A stretch of DNA of 64,000 bases from an uncultured Alphaproteobacteria bacterium (GCA_963830095.1 CAWHLV010000106.1:9672-73671); one strand, 5' to 3'; shown: positions 11,070-22,608, counted from the first letter of the stretch. Translations and numbers: made by a program. The notes: generated by a model from the sequence alone, not told the origin.

Positions 11070-12492
11070 CTATGGCTTCACATAAATGCTGGCATAGACC
11101 CCACAATAGGCTTCCTTCCAGCCGCGTTTGCCGACCAGAAAGCGCCGCAGCTCCTCATGCGTGTTCATCCAGAGCACTGTGTCGATCCGGTATTTGCCCA
11201 GCACCCTGTCCCAGGCGCCTTCATCGACCTGCTGCTGACCCACAGTGAAATAGTCGCGCAGCACGGCGTCGGGATAGGCGGTCGAGGCGCGGCCGTCCAC
11301 GAACAAGGGTATGGCGCCGCGATCATAGAAAATCAGAAGTCCGCCATAGTTCCAGTGGTTCAACAGCCGCGCATGGGGAAAATGTGTTTCAAGATAGCCG
11401 ACGTCCTGCCTTGACAGCATTTGCGGCAGGCCGAAGGCCGGCTCGACCTGGAGATAGATCAACGGCAGGGCGCAGGCCGCGACGATCCCGGCAAACAGCA
11501 ACGCCTTGCCGGCTTGGAGATTGTCCCGCCACTTGGGCGAGAGCCGATCGAGATCAAGCGCCAGCGGGACCGTCGAGAACAGAAAGAAGAAGGCCATAAC
11601 GGAACTGGTGACAGTCCCGAAACAGGAACAGCCACGACAGCAGCCGCGCCTCGATCGCACACGCGGCCCTGCCGCGCAGTTCCAGCGCGACAAACATCGC
11701 AATGTAAAGCATGCCGGGAATGCTGCCCGGATGACGATGTTGCGCCAATAGGGCCACCATTCGGTGATCTGCGCCTGCACAAAACTGCCCAAGGTGGCGC
11801 GCCACGCCTTCATAGATGTGCCAGCCCAGCGGATTGACAAGCGTCGCGGCAAGGCAGCCGGCGCCTGCCAAACCATAAAGCCTGAGATGGCCCCAGTCGC
11901 GCCTGAGCAACGCCAGGCCAAAAAAGACGCCGACAATGAAAAGACCCAGCGTGAAGCCGCCGTGCAGATTGGCCCACAGAAGCATGAGGACAGGCAGAAT
12001 GAGCACAGCCCTCGTCCGCTTCAGGCACACTCCGTAGAACACCACCGAAAACAGCATGGTGGCGAGGTTGGGCGACGCCGCAAGATAGACATTCGGGAAG
12101 GACGCGAAGGCGGGATAGAGCAGACTGGCGGACAGAACCGCGATGCAGACGGCAAGCGTGGATGCGCCGCCGCCCAGGCCAAGCGACGCCAAGTATCCGA
12201 CAATCACCGCGCCACAGGCAAGCGTGAACAGTACCAGGCCGCCAAAGCCAGCCTGTTGAAACAGCGCGCTGGCGAACACGTCCCAAAGCCAGGACAGGTT
12301 GAACCACTGTTTGCCCGCCGAGGTGAACGCCCAGGGATCATGCAGGGGAACGGTGCCATGCTGCCGGATCAGGTCTCCGGCGGCCAGATGCCATCCCAGA
12401 TCATAATGGCCCAGGATGATCTGCGCATTCAGCAGGTAATAGGCGCAGGCGCAGGCAATCAGGAAGACGTAAATTCCGGATCTTTGTGGCAT
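11070..12492 (-). CDS. Polytopic membrane protein, putative GT-C-fold glycosyltransferase (frameshifted)
   Basis: DLGWHLAAGDLI...PLHDPWAFT...WLWD, LWANLHGGF, C-terminal NHWNYGG...FVDGRA periplasmic tail. Confidence 0.6.
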
Positions 12493-12589
12493 GAAATATT
12501 GCTGCGCCCCTTGCCGGAGATTTTCGGCAAATCGACCTTAGCGTCCAGCGGGGCGGGTGTGTAGTGCTGGGCCGCGTGTGGAAGTACGG

Positions 12590-13448
12590 CTACTTCTTCT
12601 TGATCCTGGCATAGTCCGTCCAAAGGCGCACGATGCGCGGCGTGACCGGACCACCGCCGCTGACCTGGCCGAACGCCGCGACCGCATCGTCATACTTGCC
12701 TTGCGCCGTCAACGCCTGGCCCAGCACCATCGGCGCTTCCGAAGAATCGGGATTGCCGCCTTTCTGGATCGCCAGCCTGGCCGCGGCTTCGGCTTGCGGA
12801 TACATGCCATAACCATAGAGCGCTTCGGCCAGTTTGGCGTTGTAGGTGCCGTCCCCGGCCTGTTCGCCGGCGATCTGCTGCGGCATGGTCTGCTTGTCGC
12901 TGTCGGCATGCGGGGCAGGATCGGGGTCCACTTGGCCGCCATGGGCCTTGGCGCTGACCGCATCGCCGAAGAAGCCATGCTGGCCGGCGATGTCACCGAC
13001 TGTGCTGGCGTCAGCGGGTGGGACCTTGCGCGCCTACCACAAACAGCAAGCGGCCCAGCCAGATTCCGTCCTGATCGCGCAGGCCCGGTGTGCCGAAGGT
13101 CATGTCAATGATCTGTGTCCAATCGGCCGGATGGTTATAGTCGGCGGCTTCTTCTTCCAGCGCATCAGCCACGCCCGCGTCATCCTTCAAGGCTGGCCTG
13201 GGCGGAGAGCAGGCGTCTCCAGGGTCTTGCGGTCGGGCACCCGGCCCATTTTCTTGTCAGCGTCGATGCGCTGCTTGGCCAGCGCCACGGTTTCCTGCGG
13301 CGAGCCTTGCGGGCGTGAGCGGCGGTGGGCGGGTTGGAATGCGCGAGCCGCTGGCGCTGTCCGAGAGATTGGCTGGGAGACTGCGGGGCCGCAGCACCGC
13401 AAAGGCCAAGGCCAGCGCGGCCAAGGCAATTCGAGCCAATGCTTTCAT
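12590..13448 (-). CDS. Secreted protein with C-terminal TPR (frameshifted)
   Basis: MKALARIALAALALA signal peptide; LAEALYGYG...VLGQALTAQGKYDDAVAAFGQV. Confidence 0.6.
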
Positions 13449-13478
13449 CCTGCTTCTCCGGTCAGTGCGCCAAAACGG

Positions 13479-13913
13479 CTACGGCCTGCGGGCCCACAAA
13501 TTGGCGGTCTCGTCACCCGGGCCACCGCGCCGGATCATCAAGGAACGGGCACATTGCCGTCGGGACCGGGCTGCGTGAGCGTAAAAGTCAATTCCCGCTT
13601 CTCGAACTTCACGTCATAGAGGTCTGTCGTCCTCCCTTCTCGGAAACGAGTGGTATAGGCATTGCGGGTCGTCTCGGCATATCTCAGGCCACAGCTTGCC
13701 GACCTCGAAGTCCTGCTGGGCAGTCCAGTTAAGCCAGGGTGTCGCCGACACGCTGGCGCGCGCCAGAAAATTATTCTGGCATCCCTGGCCATGCGCGAGC
13801 AGGCATTTGAGCACGCCTCGGCTAATGCGCCGTCATCACGCGCGTCTGTGCCGATGCGGCGGGTGCCAACGCGATGGCGGCTGAGTACAATGCCGAAGTG
13901 TTACGGTTTTCAT
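13479..13913 (-). CDS. Secreted hypothetical protein (frameshifted)
   Basis: Reconstructed signal peptide (...AAIALAPASA), C-x7-C pair, TDLYDVKFEKRELTFTL..PGPDG; AGGAG RBS. Confidence 0.5.
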
Positions 13914-13973
13914 GCCGCTTCTCCTGCCTGACGTTTCCGGCCGGGCTCAATGCCCGCCGGTGCTCTATCCCGC

Positions 13974-15751
13974 CTATTCATGCCGCCGGATTGCCATGAT
14001 CAGGAAGCCATAGCCGCTATTTGAGCCGACGGTGTTGCCCGCACCAAATTCGCCAATTCCGCGTCGCGTCACGAGCACGCCATCGTCGTAAACGGCCTGA
14101 TGGTTCTCGATCAGATTTGCCCAGAAACGGTTGATCCGGCAAAGGGGCGGGTTGGGGCTGAAAGAATCCCGCCATGCGGCCGCGTGCTCGCCGCCGCAGT
14201 TCCCCTCGCCGGTGGAATTGGCTCGTCGCCCCTGGGGATCAAGGTCTTGTCGTCGGCGGCAAGGTCCTTGCCGTTCAAGGCCAGCTTCTGCCATTCATAA
14301 TTGTGGCCACAGGCTTCCTCGCCAAGCTGGTCGGTGCCCATAATTCGCTGGGGTGCGCGGCAGACGATGGTGTTTGGATCACCGCCGCCGTCCGGTGTTT
14401 GACATCACGACGGCTCGGTGGCTGCAGCCGCAGCGGCGACGTCTCCCGTGGCGGAGGCTGCTGGGTGTTCTTCGCCAAAACCTCCTTCGGCTCGGGCGAA
14501 GCGTCCTGACTCGCGGGGGAGCCCAATTGATCGGCAATTTTCGGTGGTTCGGAGATGGAAGCTATTTGCGGCAGAGCCGTCGGGGCGGATTGCGGCCGTG
14601 CTTCGATACTGACGGTCTTGGGCGTTGGCGCACTGGCCAGTGTGGAAGAAACATCTCCATTGGCACCGGCGCTCTCTGACGCATCGCCGTCATTGCCGCG
14701 CCCGGCCGTACCGGCATTGGCGGCAGGCTCTTGCGCAGTTTGATCTGGCGCGACCATCACGGGGAGTACGGCTAATACCATCTTGGGCCGTGCGGTCACG
14801 GGCTTTGCGGCGACGGGGACGGCGGCTGGGCGGCCCAGGCGCTGAGGCCGGCGAGTGTTGCCGTCAACAGGACAAGGCCTGCGCCTGCCAGACGCCGCGT
14901 TGTGCCGGGCGGTTTGCGCTTGAGCAAGGCGATGCGTTCGATGAGCGGGTGCTGCGCTCCCCGCCAGTTGCAGCCCAGCGGCAATGCGCGACCACCAGTT
15001 GGGATTTCAGCAGGGCCTTGGCGTAATCACGGCGCGAGATGCCTGCGGCCACCGCGCTCGCATCGCAGGCCAGTTCCTGGTCGATACGCAGGAAGCGCGC
15101 GCCCAGATGGATCAGCGGATTGAACCAGCAGAGGCAACGCAGGAATGCCGCCAGCGCATTGATGCGCGCGTCCTGCCGCGCCAGATGCACGCGCTCATGC
15201 GCCAGGATCGCCGCCTGCTCCTGCGCGGTGAACTGTGTCTGAAAACCATCCGGCGTCACGATGCGGGGGCTCAGGAACCCCAGCACCGCCGGCCCGGCTT
15301 TTCCCAATCGCGCGGCAGCGGAAAAGCGAAGCTGCAGCCGGGTCAGATACAAGGCCATCAACAACGTGCCCAGGGCCCAGGCCGCAGACAGCAGCAGCGC
15401 GGGTTCGGGCATTGCAGTCGCGGATGCCATCGGCGGCACCGTGAGCACAAGCGGGCCTTGCCCTGTCAGTTGACCTGTAAGGCCCAGGGCCGAATGGGCG
15501 ATATGGCCGATGACGGATACAGGTGCGACCGGCACATGCACTGGCGTGGCATACACAGGCACAGACGCGACCACGCGCGGTGGAAGCAAGATTGCCATAC
15601 CTGCCACTGGCACCAGAAACCAGATCGCATAGGCGATCGGTGCGCCAAACTGGGCGCGCAAGGGGCGGCGCAGCAGCGCCACCAGGATGATTGCCATTCC
15701 CATCGCCAGGTTCAGTTTGACCAGCAGGAGCAGGAAGGCTGACATACTCAT
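13974..15751 (-). CDS. BlaR1/MecR1-type M56 metallopeptidase signal transducer (frameshifted)
   Basis: LRRPLRAQFGAPIAYAIW, GPAVLG, ILAHERVH (HExxH), WFNPL, DQELACD, HPLIERI; long periplasmic C-terminus. Confidence 0.88.
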
Positions 15752-16206
15752 TATTGGCCCCCTCCGTCATTCGCGGCCTCGACAATTGGGCATGCGGAAA
15801 CCACCGATGCGTTTTGCGGCCTGGTATAGATCAAGCCTTGAGCAGCGCGCGTGGAAACCGTCTTTTTTATCCAGTAGTGATCGGCACCTTCGACGAGGTA
15901 GTGGCCTGGCTTTCCATCCGAATCGGGCGCAACGACATAGGCCTTGTTCTGGTGCATGTATTGCACCTCGTAGAGGTCCGCGCCGGCTGCGTCGTTGCCA
16001 AGATAGTCCACTCTTTCAACCGGGCCCCAGCCGCCGTTACAATCGTTTTTCGCGCACCTCGTAGGCCCAAAACCCAGATAGCATCGCAAAGCCGCTTCCG
16101 TTCGGGGACGCGGCGCGGACGCGACGGCCGAGGGGCCAGCCGCCACCGACGTGGAAAGCAAGGATGCGGTGAAGAAGGCTGACAATAAGAGAGAGTGTTT
16201 TTTCAT
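15751..16206 (-). CDS. Secreted hypothetical protein
   Basis: Signal peptide MKKHSLLLSAFFTASLLSTSVAA; GADLYEVQYMHQNKAYVVAPDSDGK; GGAGGG RBS; stop overlaps the M56 start. Confidence 0.7.
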   Translation of the reverse strand: MKKHSLLLSAFFTASLLSTSVAAGPSAVASAPRPRTEAALRCYLGFGPTRCAKNDCNGGWGPVERVDYLGNDAAGADLYEVQYMHQNKAYVVAPDSDGKPGHYLVEGADHYWIKKTVSTRAAQGLIYTRPQNASVVSACPIVEAANDGGGQ

Positions 16207-16392
16207 ATGTACCCTCCTCTGGTGACACCACGATAAGCCGCGCGCTTTAAGGCTTCATCCGAACAACATTAAAATGCACTCATCAGGCCGCAAGCATCGC
16301 GGGCCTCATTGCAACAAATGTCTCGAGCCGGCGGCTGCAAGACACTCGCCGTCCCCATCGCCAGATTCACTTTGCCCAAGGCGAGAAGGAAG

Positions 16393-16786
16393 TCAGTCAT
16401 CATCTGCCTCCAGTTCCGCGATGAGCTTTTTCAGCTTCTTGATATCCGAGGCGGTCAGCGCGCGATGTTCGGCAAAATGCGCGACCAGGGGCGCCAGCTG
16501 TCCCTGAAACAATCTGTCCAGCAGGCCCTGGCTTTCGTCCTGCACATATGCGGCACGGCTGATCAGCGGCCGGTAAAAATAGCGTCCGTCCTGCCGCATA
16601 CCGACAAGAGCGCCTTTGCGCAGCAAGCGCGTTATCAAGGTGCGCACCGTGCCGTGACCCCAATCATTCGCCTTTGCCGTGGCGGCGATGATTTCCTCTG
16701 GCGTTAGCGGGGCCTTGCGCCACAGCGCCTCCATCACCTGGCTTTCGGCGGCGGAAATCTGGATCTCTTCTTTTTCATCCCAGCAT
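16393..16786 (-). CDS. BlaI/MecI/CopY family repressor (start reconstructed across a 1-nt indel)
   Basis: ISAAESQVMEALW, WGHGTVRTLITRLLRKG, LLDRLFQGQLAPLVAHF. Confidence 0.92.
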
Positions 16787-16789
16787 GAT

Positions 16790-16829
16790 GATACGTATGT
16801 ATTTCAGAGTCAAGATACAAGTGTATTTC
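16790..16829. promoter_or_regulatory. Two BlaI-type operators (TACA-N2-TGTA)
   Basis: GATACGTATGTATTTC (16790-16805) and GATACAAGTGTATTTC (16814-16829) directly upstream of the repressor gene. Confidence 0.8.
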
Positions 16830-16922
16830 CGATGAGCTGTCAGAACAAAGAGGAAAGCCCAGATGCCGCCAAAAGCGTCACCTGGGCTCCCTTTTTCCGA
16901 TATCCCCGGCCTGCGCGCGCTG

Positions 16923-17647
16923 TCAGTTCGGCGCCATGATGACCGTGGAGTTCACCGTCAGGCTGACCAGGGCCTCGCCGGCGATGGCCGCGGGCGGGGG
17001 CGCCTTCTGGCTCTTGCCCGCCACCGCGGCCTTGTTGCTGGTGGGGGCTTCGCCGACTTCCTCGGTGGCATTGCCGATGGTGATGGTCTTGTAGCGCTCG
17101 ACCTTGAGGCTCAGATCGCCCGCCACATTCTTCGCCCGGTCCTGAAGCGCCTTCAGCGCGGTGGCGGTGAGTTCGTCCTGTACCGCTTTCAGACTGTCCG
17201 GAGAGACGAAGAAGCGCATCTCGCCCATCACCAGCCCGTCATTCTGCAGGGTGCCCGCCAGCGCCAGCACCGCGTCGAAATCGCCGGAGCTGAGGGTCAA
17301 CACCTGCTCGCCCCGCCATTCGGCCAACTCGCCCTGGGAGGTATAGGGTGTTCACCGAATAGCTGCCGGTCTCGGCGGTGACGGCGGGCGCGTTCTTGAC
17401 CTTGGCCAGCGCCGCCATCATGCGGTGGTTGATGTCGATCTGGATCTGGCGGGCATTGGCGCCGCGCGCCATCACGCGCAAGGTGGCGACCACGCGGTCG
17501 CGCGGCACCACCAGGGCCGCCTGCTGCACCAGCTGGATGTCGGTGGTGGTCACCGGCTTGTCCGAAGCGGGTGTGCGATCGCGGCCGGGTGGCGAGCGCA
17601 AAAATCAATAAGGCGGGAAAAAGGCACTTCAGACGTTTCGTCATCAC
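16923..17647 (-). CDS. SIMPL (DUF541) family periplasmic protein (frameshifted)
   Basis: Signal peptide; VPRDRVVATL, ETGSYSV, F-VSP...ALKALQDRAK, GEALVSLTVN. Confidence 0.7.
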
Positions 17648-17808
17648 ACAAACTCTCTCTCTTCAAATGGTTGCGGACCAACTGGCCGTGTCCTGAAGGT
17701 GGGAACAGCACCCTTTCCCGCCATAAGCGGCTTTGGCCGTTTCTGTCCGGCGCAATGACAAAGGGCGTGCGGCAATGTAAGACTTGTGCGGGATTGTCCG
17801 GGGCCGTC

Positions 17809-18557
17809 ATGAAAACCGCCGAAGAGCGGGAGTTGTCTGAAGCGCAGAGCCAGGCTGCGGCAGGGCTGGTTCTGGAAGAACTGGCGCGGCGGCGCATCTC
17901 GCGCAAGCGCTTGGCGGCCGACGCCCGCATCAGCCTTTCGACTCTGGAAAAGGCCTTGAACGGCAATCGCGGCTTCACCCTGGCGACCCTGGTCCGGCTG
18001 GAGCAGGTGCTGTCGGTGTCCTTGCGTCCGGTGGCGAAGGCGCCAAAGGACACGGGCCGCGACGTGCAGGCCCCCGCTGAACTGGGCGCCTATTCGCGCG
18101 CCGCCGTGCAATGCTGGAAGGGCGCTATCTCACCTTGCGGCCCTCCTTCGAGGTGGCCGGCGCGATCTATGCCTATCGCACCGATATTTCCTGGAATGGC
18201 GGCAAGCTGGTATTCGCCGAGGCCGAACGGCTGGACATGGCCAATGCCCAGAAGGGGTTGGTGTCGGTGCCGATCCCGTCCGGTCACATTTATTTCCTCA
18301 CCAATGCGGAAGGCCAGATGCGCATGGCGGTCATGGGCCGCCAGCTGCGCACCGGGGCGATGTATGGCGTCTTGACCACACTGCATGCCGGCTCGGGGCC
18401 CCATCTGCAGCCGGTCGCGACGCCTTTGGCGCTGCTGCCGCTTGGCGAAGGCATGACGTTCGGGCGCGTTCTGGAAGGCGAACCCCTGCATGGCGAATAC
18501 CGCCAGCACCTGACCCGGGTGCTGGATGGCGGCTTTGTCCGCTTTCCCCTGCCCTGA
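17809..18557 (+). CDS. XRE-family HTH transcriptional regulator (one frameshift near 18110)
   Basis: EELARRRISRKRLAADARISLSTLEKALNGNRGFTLATLVRLEQVL, plus C-terminal domain. Confidence 0.78.
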
Positions 18558-18563
18558 CTTCTA

Positions 18564-19622
18564 CTATCCGGGATTTGCAAACACGCGCGGTGCCGCGCGC
18601 CGGCCATCCCGGCCCGACTGCGCCACGGCCAAGGTCGCGGCCAAGGTGCCCGCGCCATCGGCGACCGACACCAGCGGCGGCTCGTCCAGACGGATAAGGC
18701 GCTGGAAATGTTCCAACTGGGCCTGAAACGGGTCGCGATAGGGCGGCGCGATGTCGGTGGCGACGATGGGCTTGTCCCAGCCGATCTCGTCGGGATTTGC
18801 GGCCGACCAGCGGCGCAGCACCGGAAGCTCCAGACTGCCCTTGGTGCCGGCCAGACGATAGGCGCTCTGGCCGCTGAATTTGAAATTGGGATTTTCCCGG
18901 CTGCCTTGTTCGATCGTCCAGGGCGAGAAGCCCGCATCGGTGCACACCAGCGTGCCCAGGCACCCGCCCGCGAATTCAAACAGGGCGGCGGCGCTGTCTT
19001 CCACGGCAAATCCCCGCATCGCATTGCTGGCAAGACCGCTGACCGCACGCACCTCGCCACACAGATGCCGCAGCATGTCGATCTCGTGAATTGCGTTGAT
19101 CAGCAGCGGGCCGCCGCCCGGCTCCTTGCGCCATGTGGTGTTGAAATAAGCGTCGGGCTTGCGCGTGGCCCAGACCACGGACGCCGCCACCAGATCGCCC
19201 AGCACGCCTTGCGCGATCAGGCGTTTGGCTTGCTGCACCACCGCCAGATAGCGGCGGTGATGGCCGACCAGGGTTTTCACCCCGCTTCGGGCCACCGCAT
19301 CGACCAGCAGTTCGGCCTCTTCCAAGGTCGCGGTCACCGGCTTTTCCACCAGGAAATGGATGCCGCGCTCACACGCCAGCAGGCCCTGCGGCGCGTGCAA
19401 ATTGTTGGGAGTGGCGATGATGACGGCCTCAGGCCTGACCTGATCCAGCATTTGGCTCACGTCCGTGAACCAGGCGGCCGCGCCCAGATCGAATTGGCTG
19501 CGGTCCGCGACGGGATCGACGACGGCGACCAGTTCGGCGGCCTGCGGCATGGCGCGCACCGTCTCGATATGCCGGCGGCCCACCAGACCCGCTCCCAGAA
19601 CCGCCAGGCGCAAGGGCTTCAT
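18564..19622 (-). CDS. Gfo/Idh/MocA family oxidoreductase
   Basis: LGAGLVGRRH, IATPN, LVEKPV, LVGHHRR, GGGPLLINAIHEID. Confidence 0.92.
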   Translation of the reverse strand: MKPLRLAVLGAGLVGRRHIETVRAMPQAAELVAVVDPVADRSQFDLGAAAWFTDVSQMLDQVRPEAVIIATPNNLHAPQGLLACERGIHFLVEKPVTATLEEAELLVDAVARSGVKTLVGHHRRYLAVVQQAKRLIAQGVLGDLVAASVVWATRKPDAYFNTTWRKEPGGGPLLINAIHEIDMLRHLCGEVRAVSGLASNAMRGFAVEDSAAALFEFAGGCLGTLVCTDAGFSPWTIEQGSRENPNFKFSGQSAYRLAGTKGSLELPVLRRWSAANPDEIGWDKPIVATDIAPPYRDPFQAQLEHFQRLIRLDEPPLVSVADGAGTLAATLAVAQSGRDGRRAAPRVFANPG

Positions 19623-20437
19623 GACGCCACCTGTTGGTGCCGCGCGATGGTTGCGCGCGCCGATCGCAACAGATGCCGCGCATGCGCCAGCGGATCCTGG
19701 CCCGGCGGCAAAGGCACTTCGAGACTGGCGACACAATTGGGCGGCATCGCCGCAAGCAAATCACCCAGCAGAAATTCGCCGTCGCCCGGCGCCAGTCTTT
19801 GGGTGCGCGCTTCCCGAATGAGCGCATCGCGGTCCACGGGCCCCCGCAGCGGACCATCGCACAATTGGACATAACCAAGCCAGGCGGGATCGGTCAGCGC
19901 AAGCTCAGCAATGTCGCCCGCGCGAACCCAATGCAGCGCATCGACCAGCACCCGAAGATTGGGCCCCGCGGCGGTCTGGACCAGTGCAATGGCGGCGCGC
20001 AGCGATTTCACGCCGGAAAAGATCATGTATTCCAGATCCAGCGTCAGACCAAAGGGCGCGGCGAGATCGCACAGCCGGGCCAGCGTTTGCGCGACGCGGC
20101 CATGATCGGTGCTGTCGCAGACAAGCTTCATCCGACTGGCTCCCAGTGCGGCGGCCGTTTCCATCAACAGCAGATAATCTTCTGGCTGCGTCCGATCATT
20201 CAGCCGAATGATCTCCACGTCCCAGACCGCAAGGCCCGCGTCGCGAAGCAGCGGCGCAAGCGCGCGGGCCAGCGCCTTCAATTCTTCGCCGTCATAGACC
20301 CGGTCGGTTGGCGTTGCGGGCGCAAGACGCAGATCGACCAGATCAAAACCGGCTTCGGCGGCGGTTCGGATCAGCTGCTGCGGCGAATGATCGATCAGGC
20401 TCAGATGCGCGAGCGACAGCGGCCTTTTTGGCGTCAA
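19619..20437 (-). CDS. Sugar phosphate isomerase/epimerase (xylose-isomerase-like TIM barrel)
   Basis: SLAHLS, DLEYM, LVDALHW, YVQLCDG, RLAPGDG, SLEVP; TTG start overlaps the upstream stop. Confidence 0.85.
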   Translation of the reverse strand: MTPKRPLSLAHLSLIDHSPQQLIRTAAEAGFDLVDLRLAPATPTDRVYDGEELKALARALAPLLRDAGLAVWDVEIIRLNDRTQPEDYLLLMETAAALGASRMKLVCDSTDHGRVAQTLARLCDLAAPFGLTLDLEYMIFSGVKSLRAAIALVQTAAGPNLRVLVDALHWVRAGDIAELALTDPAWLGYVQLCDGPLRGPVDRDALIREARTQRLAPGDGEFLLGDLLAAMPPNCVASLEVPLPPGQDPLAHARHLLRSARATIARHQQVAS

Positions 20438-21297
20438 GCCAGGTTCGACTTGTAGAGTGTGCCCAACGCCGTCCAGGCCCGCTCGGCTTCGCCCTGGTTG
20501 TAGACCGCACCGCCCGGCACGCACCAGCCGTGATCGGCGTGATAGACCTCAACAGTTGCGGTCTTGCCCGCCGCGGCGAAGGCAGCCTTCAGATCGTCCT
20601 TCAGCGTGGGCTGGGTGGCGTCATCATTCTGCGCCTGGCAGACCAGAAACGCCGCGTTGGTCTTGGCGATCAGCAGATGCGGGCTGTCGGGGTTCTTGGT
20701 CACCAACCCGTTGCCACCATGGAAGCTGCCGACGGCGGCGATGCGGCCGGAGACCGCGGCCGCGGTGCGAAACGCCAGCGCCCCGCCCATGCAATAGCCC
20801 TGCACGCCCGCTTTCTTGCGTTTCGCCGTCTGCGGCTGGGCGTCGAGGAAGGTCAGATAGGCCTTGGCGTCGCTATCAATGCCGTCATTGGTCATGGCGC
20901 CACGATAGCCCATCAGCCGGTTGCGCTGATCGGGATTGCTGAAATCGAAATTGTCGCCGATCACCGGCGCTTTTGCCGAGCGATAGAAAGGATTTGGCAC
21001 CAGCACGACATAGCCTTGCGCAGCGAGCCGCTTGCCCATGTCGCGGAAAGCGGGGCGCAGGCCCATGATGTCGGGCCAGATCAGCACGGCCGGCCAATGG
21101 CCTTCGCCTGCCGGGTGAAACAGCACCGCGTCGCAATTGCCGTCGGCGGTCTTCACCGTCACGTCACTTTCCACGACATTGGACTGGGCCACCGCGCCGG
21201 TCGCAATACCGGCGGTCGCCACCGTGGCGAGGCCGAAGCTGCGCCGCGACAGCCGGGTATCGGTAACCAGGCCAGGATGAATGAATTCATCGCACAT
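20434..21297 (-). CDS. Tat-exported dienelactone hydrolase family protein
   Basis: LSRRSF twin-arginine signal; WPDIMGLRP, GYCMGG nucleophile motif, HGW. Confidence 0.9.
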   Translation of the reverse strand: MCDEFIHPGLVTDTRLSRRSFGLATVATAGIATGAVAQSNVVESDVTVKTADGNCDAVLFHPAGEGHWPAVLIWPDIMGLRPAFRDMGKRLAAQGYVVLVPNPFYRSAKAPVIGDNFDFSNPDQRNRLMGYRGAMTNDGIDSDAKAYLTFLDAQPQTAKRKKAGVQGYCMGGALAFRTAAAVSGRIAAVGSFHGGNGLVTKNPDSPHLLIAKTNAAFLVCQAQNDDATQPTLKDDLKAAFAAAGKTATVEVYHADHGWCVPGGAVYNQGEAERAWTALGTLYKSNLA

Positions 21298-21395
21298 GAC
21301 GCTTCTCCCATGACGTTGCCCCGCCGTGCGCAGGGTCTGTTGGCGAGAGCAAATGAGGCCTCACCCGCCCTGTCAAGGACCGCTCTGAAACAGTC

Positions 21396-22429
21396 TCAGG
21401 GCCGCGGCGCCCGTGGCGTTTCGGTATTGAACATATTGATCAAATTGTAGCCCCCCATCGCCAGACGCACATTGGGGCCGGACGGCGCCTCCGCCCCCAT
21501 CTCATGCCAGGACATGGGCGCGGCATAGAGAACATCGCCCTCCACGGCATGGAACTCCCCGGCATTTTCGAAACGGCCACTGATCTTGCCGACCTGTATG
21601 ATCCACCATTCCGCCGGGCCGGGATGCATATGGCCGAAGGTGGAATGCGGATCAAAGGTGCCTTGCGGCGGGCCGCCGCCAATATTGCCCTTGCCGGTGC
21701 CGCACTTGTTGTCGTCGGCATTGAGATAGCCCAGCAGCGGGCTGACAAAGATATGATCGTCCAGCACCACCGCGCCAGGCTTGGCGCATTTGGCGATGGT
21801 GTCGTCGAAGGTGTTCCACATCAGCCGATTGGGCGGAGCGTACGGTTCCGGATGATGGGGGAAGGAGATCTTCACGATCCGGCCGCCGGCGCTGGGCGCG
21901 GGCTGGGGGCCGTCGGCGGGATAGACCGTCTTGTAGTTGGTGGGATTCACTTCGACCCACAGTGCGTTCTCGCTGCCGCCGGCATCATAGGAGAATGGCG
22001 TGGTCTTCATGATGTTGATGATGGCGCCGCGGGTGGCGGTGACCGGCTGCTGGCCTTCGACATTGAAATGCACTTCGCCCGCCACCACCACAAACACGGT
22101 GGGTGTGTCGGGGTGGGCGCGGGTGGTGAAATGGGTGCCGGGTGCTGCGGAGTTGTAGGTCGCGTCCTGTTCCGGATCGAGAATGATCTGCTGGGACCAG
22201 TTGTTCTGGCCTTCATGCATCTTCTTGAGATCGGCCAGCCGCCAGATCGGGCGCATCGGCGGCTTGTAAACCCCGCCCTCGGTCTTGTTCACCCACCAAT
22301 ATTCCGCCGGGCCACCACGCCCGCCGCCACCACCACTACGCCGGGCGGCTGGGCCTGGCTGGCCATCGCAAGCAGGATAACGGCCGCACCCGTCAGGGCA
22401 GCGGTTCGTGTTCGAAAAGACATGCGCAT
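21396..22429 (-). CDS. Secreted bicupin-like protein (frameshift after the signal peptide)
   Basis: Signal peptide; HPDTPTVFVVVAGEVHF..EGQ and GHMHPGPAEWWIIQVGKI...GDVLYA..MSWH cupin motifs. Confidence 0.7.
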
Positions 22430-22608
22430 CACCGTCACCCATCGCAATTCGGCGCCATATGACACCCCGGGAAGCTTTTTACCTATGCTCCCAGAGGCCG
22501 GCCGGCATTCTGCCCTCTCAAAGGATGAGAAATACCGCGCCGCAAACTTGTATGCTCCCGCTCGCGATGAAGGTGATAGGAACATACGGACTGACCCGGA
22601 TGGACGGC

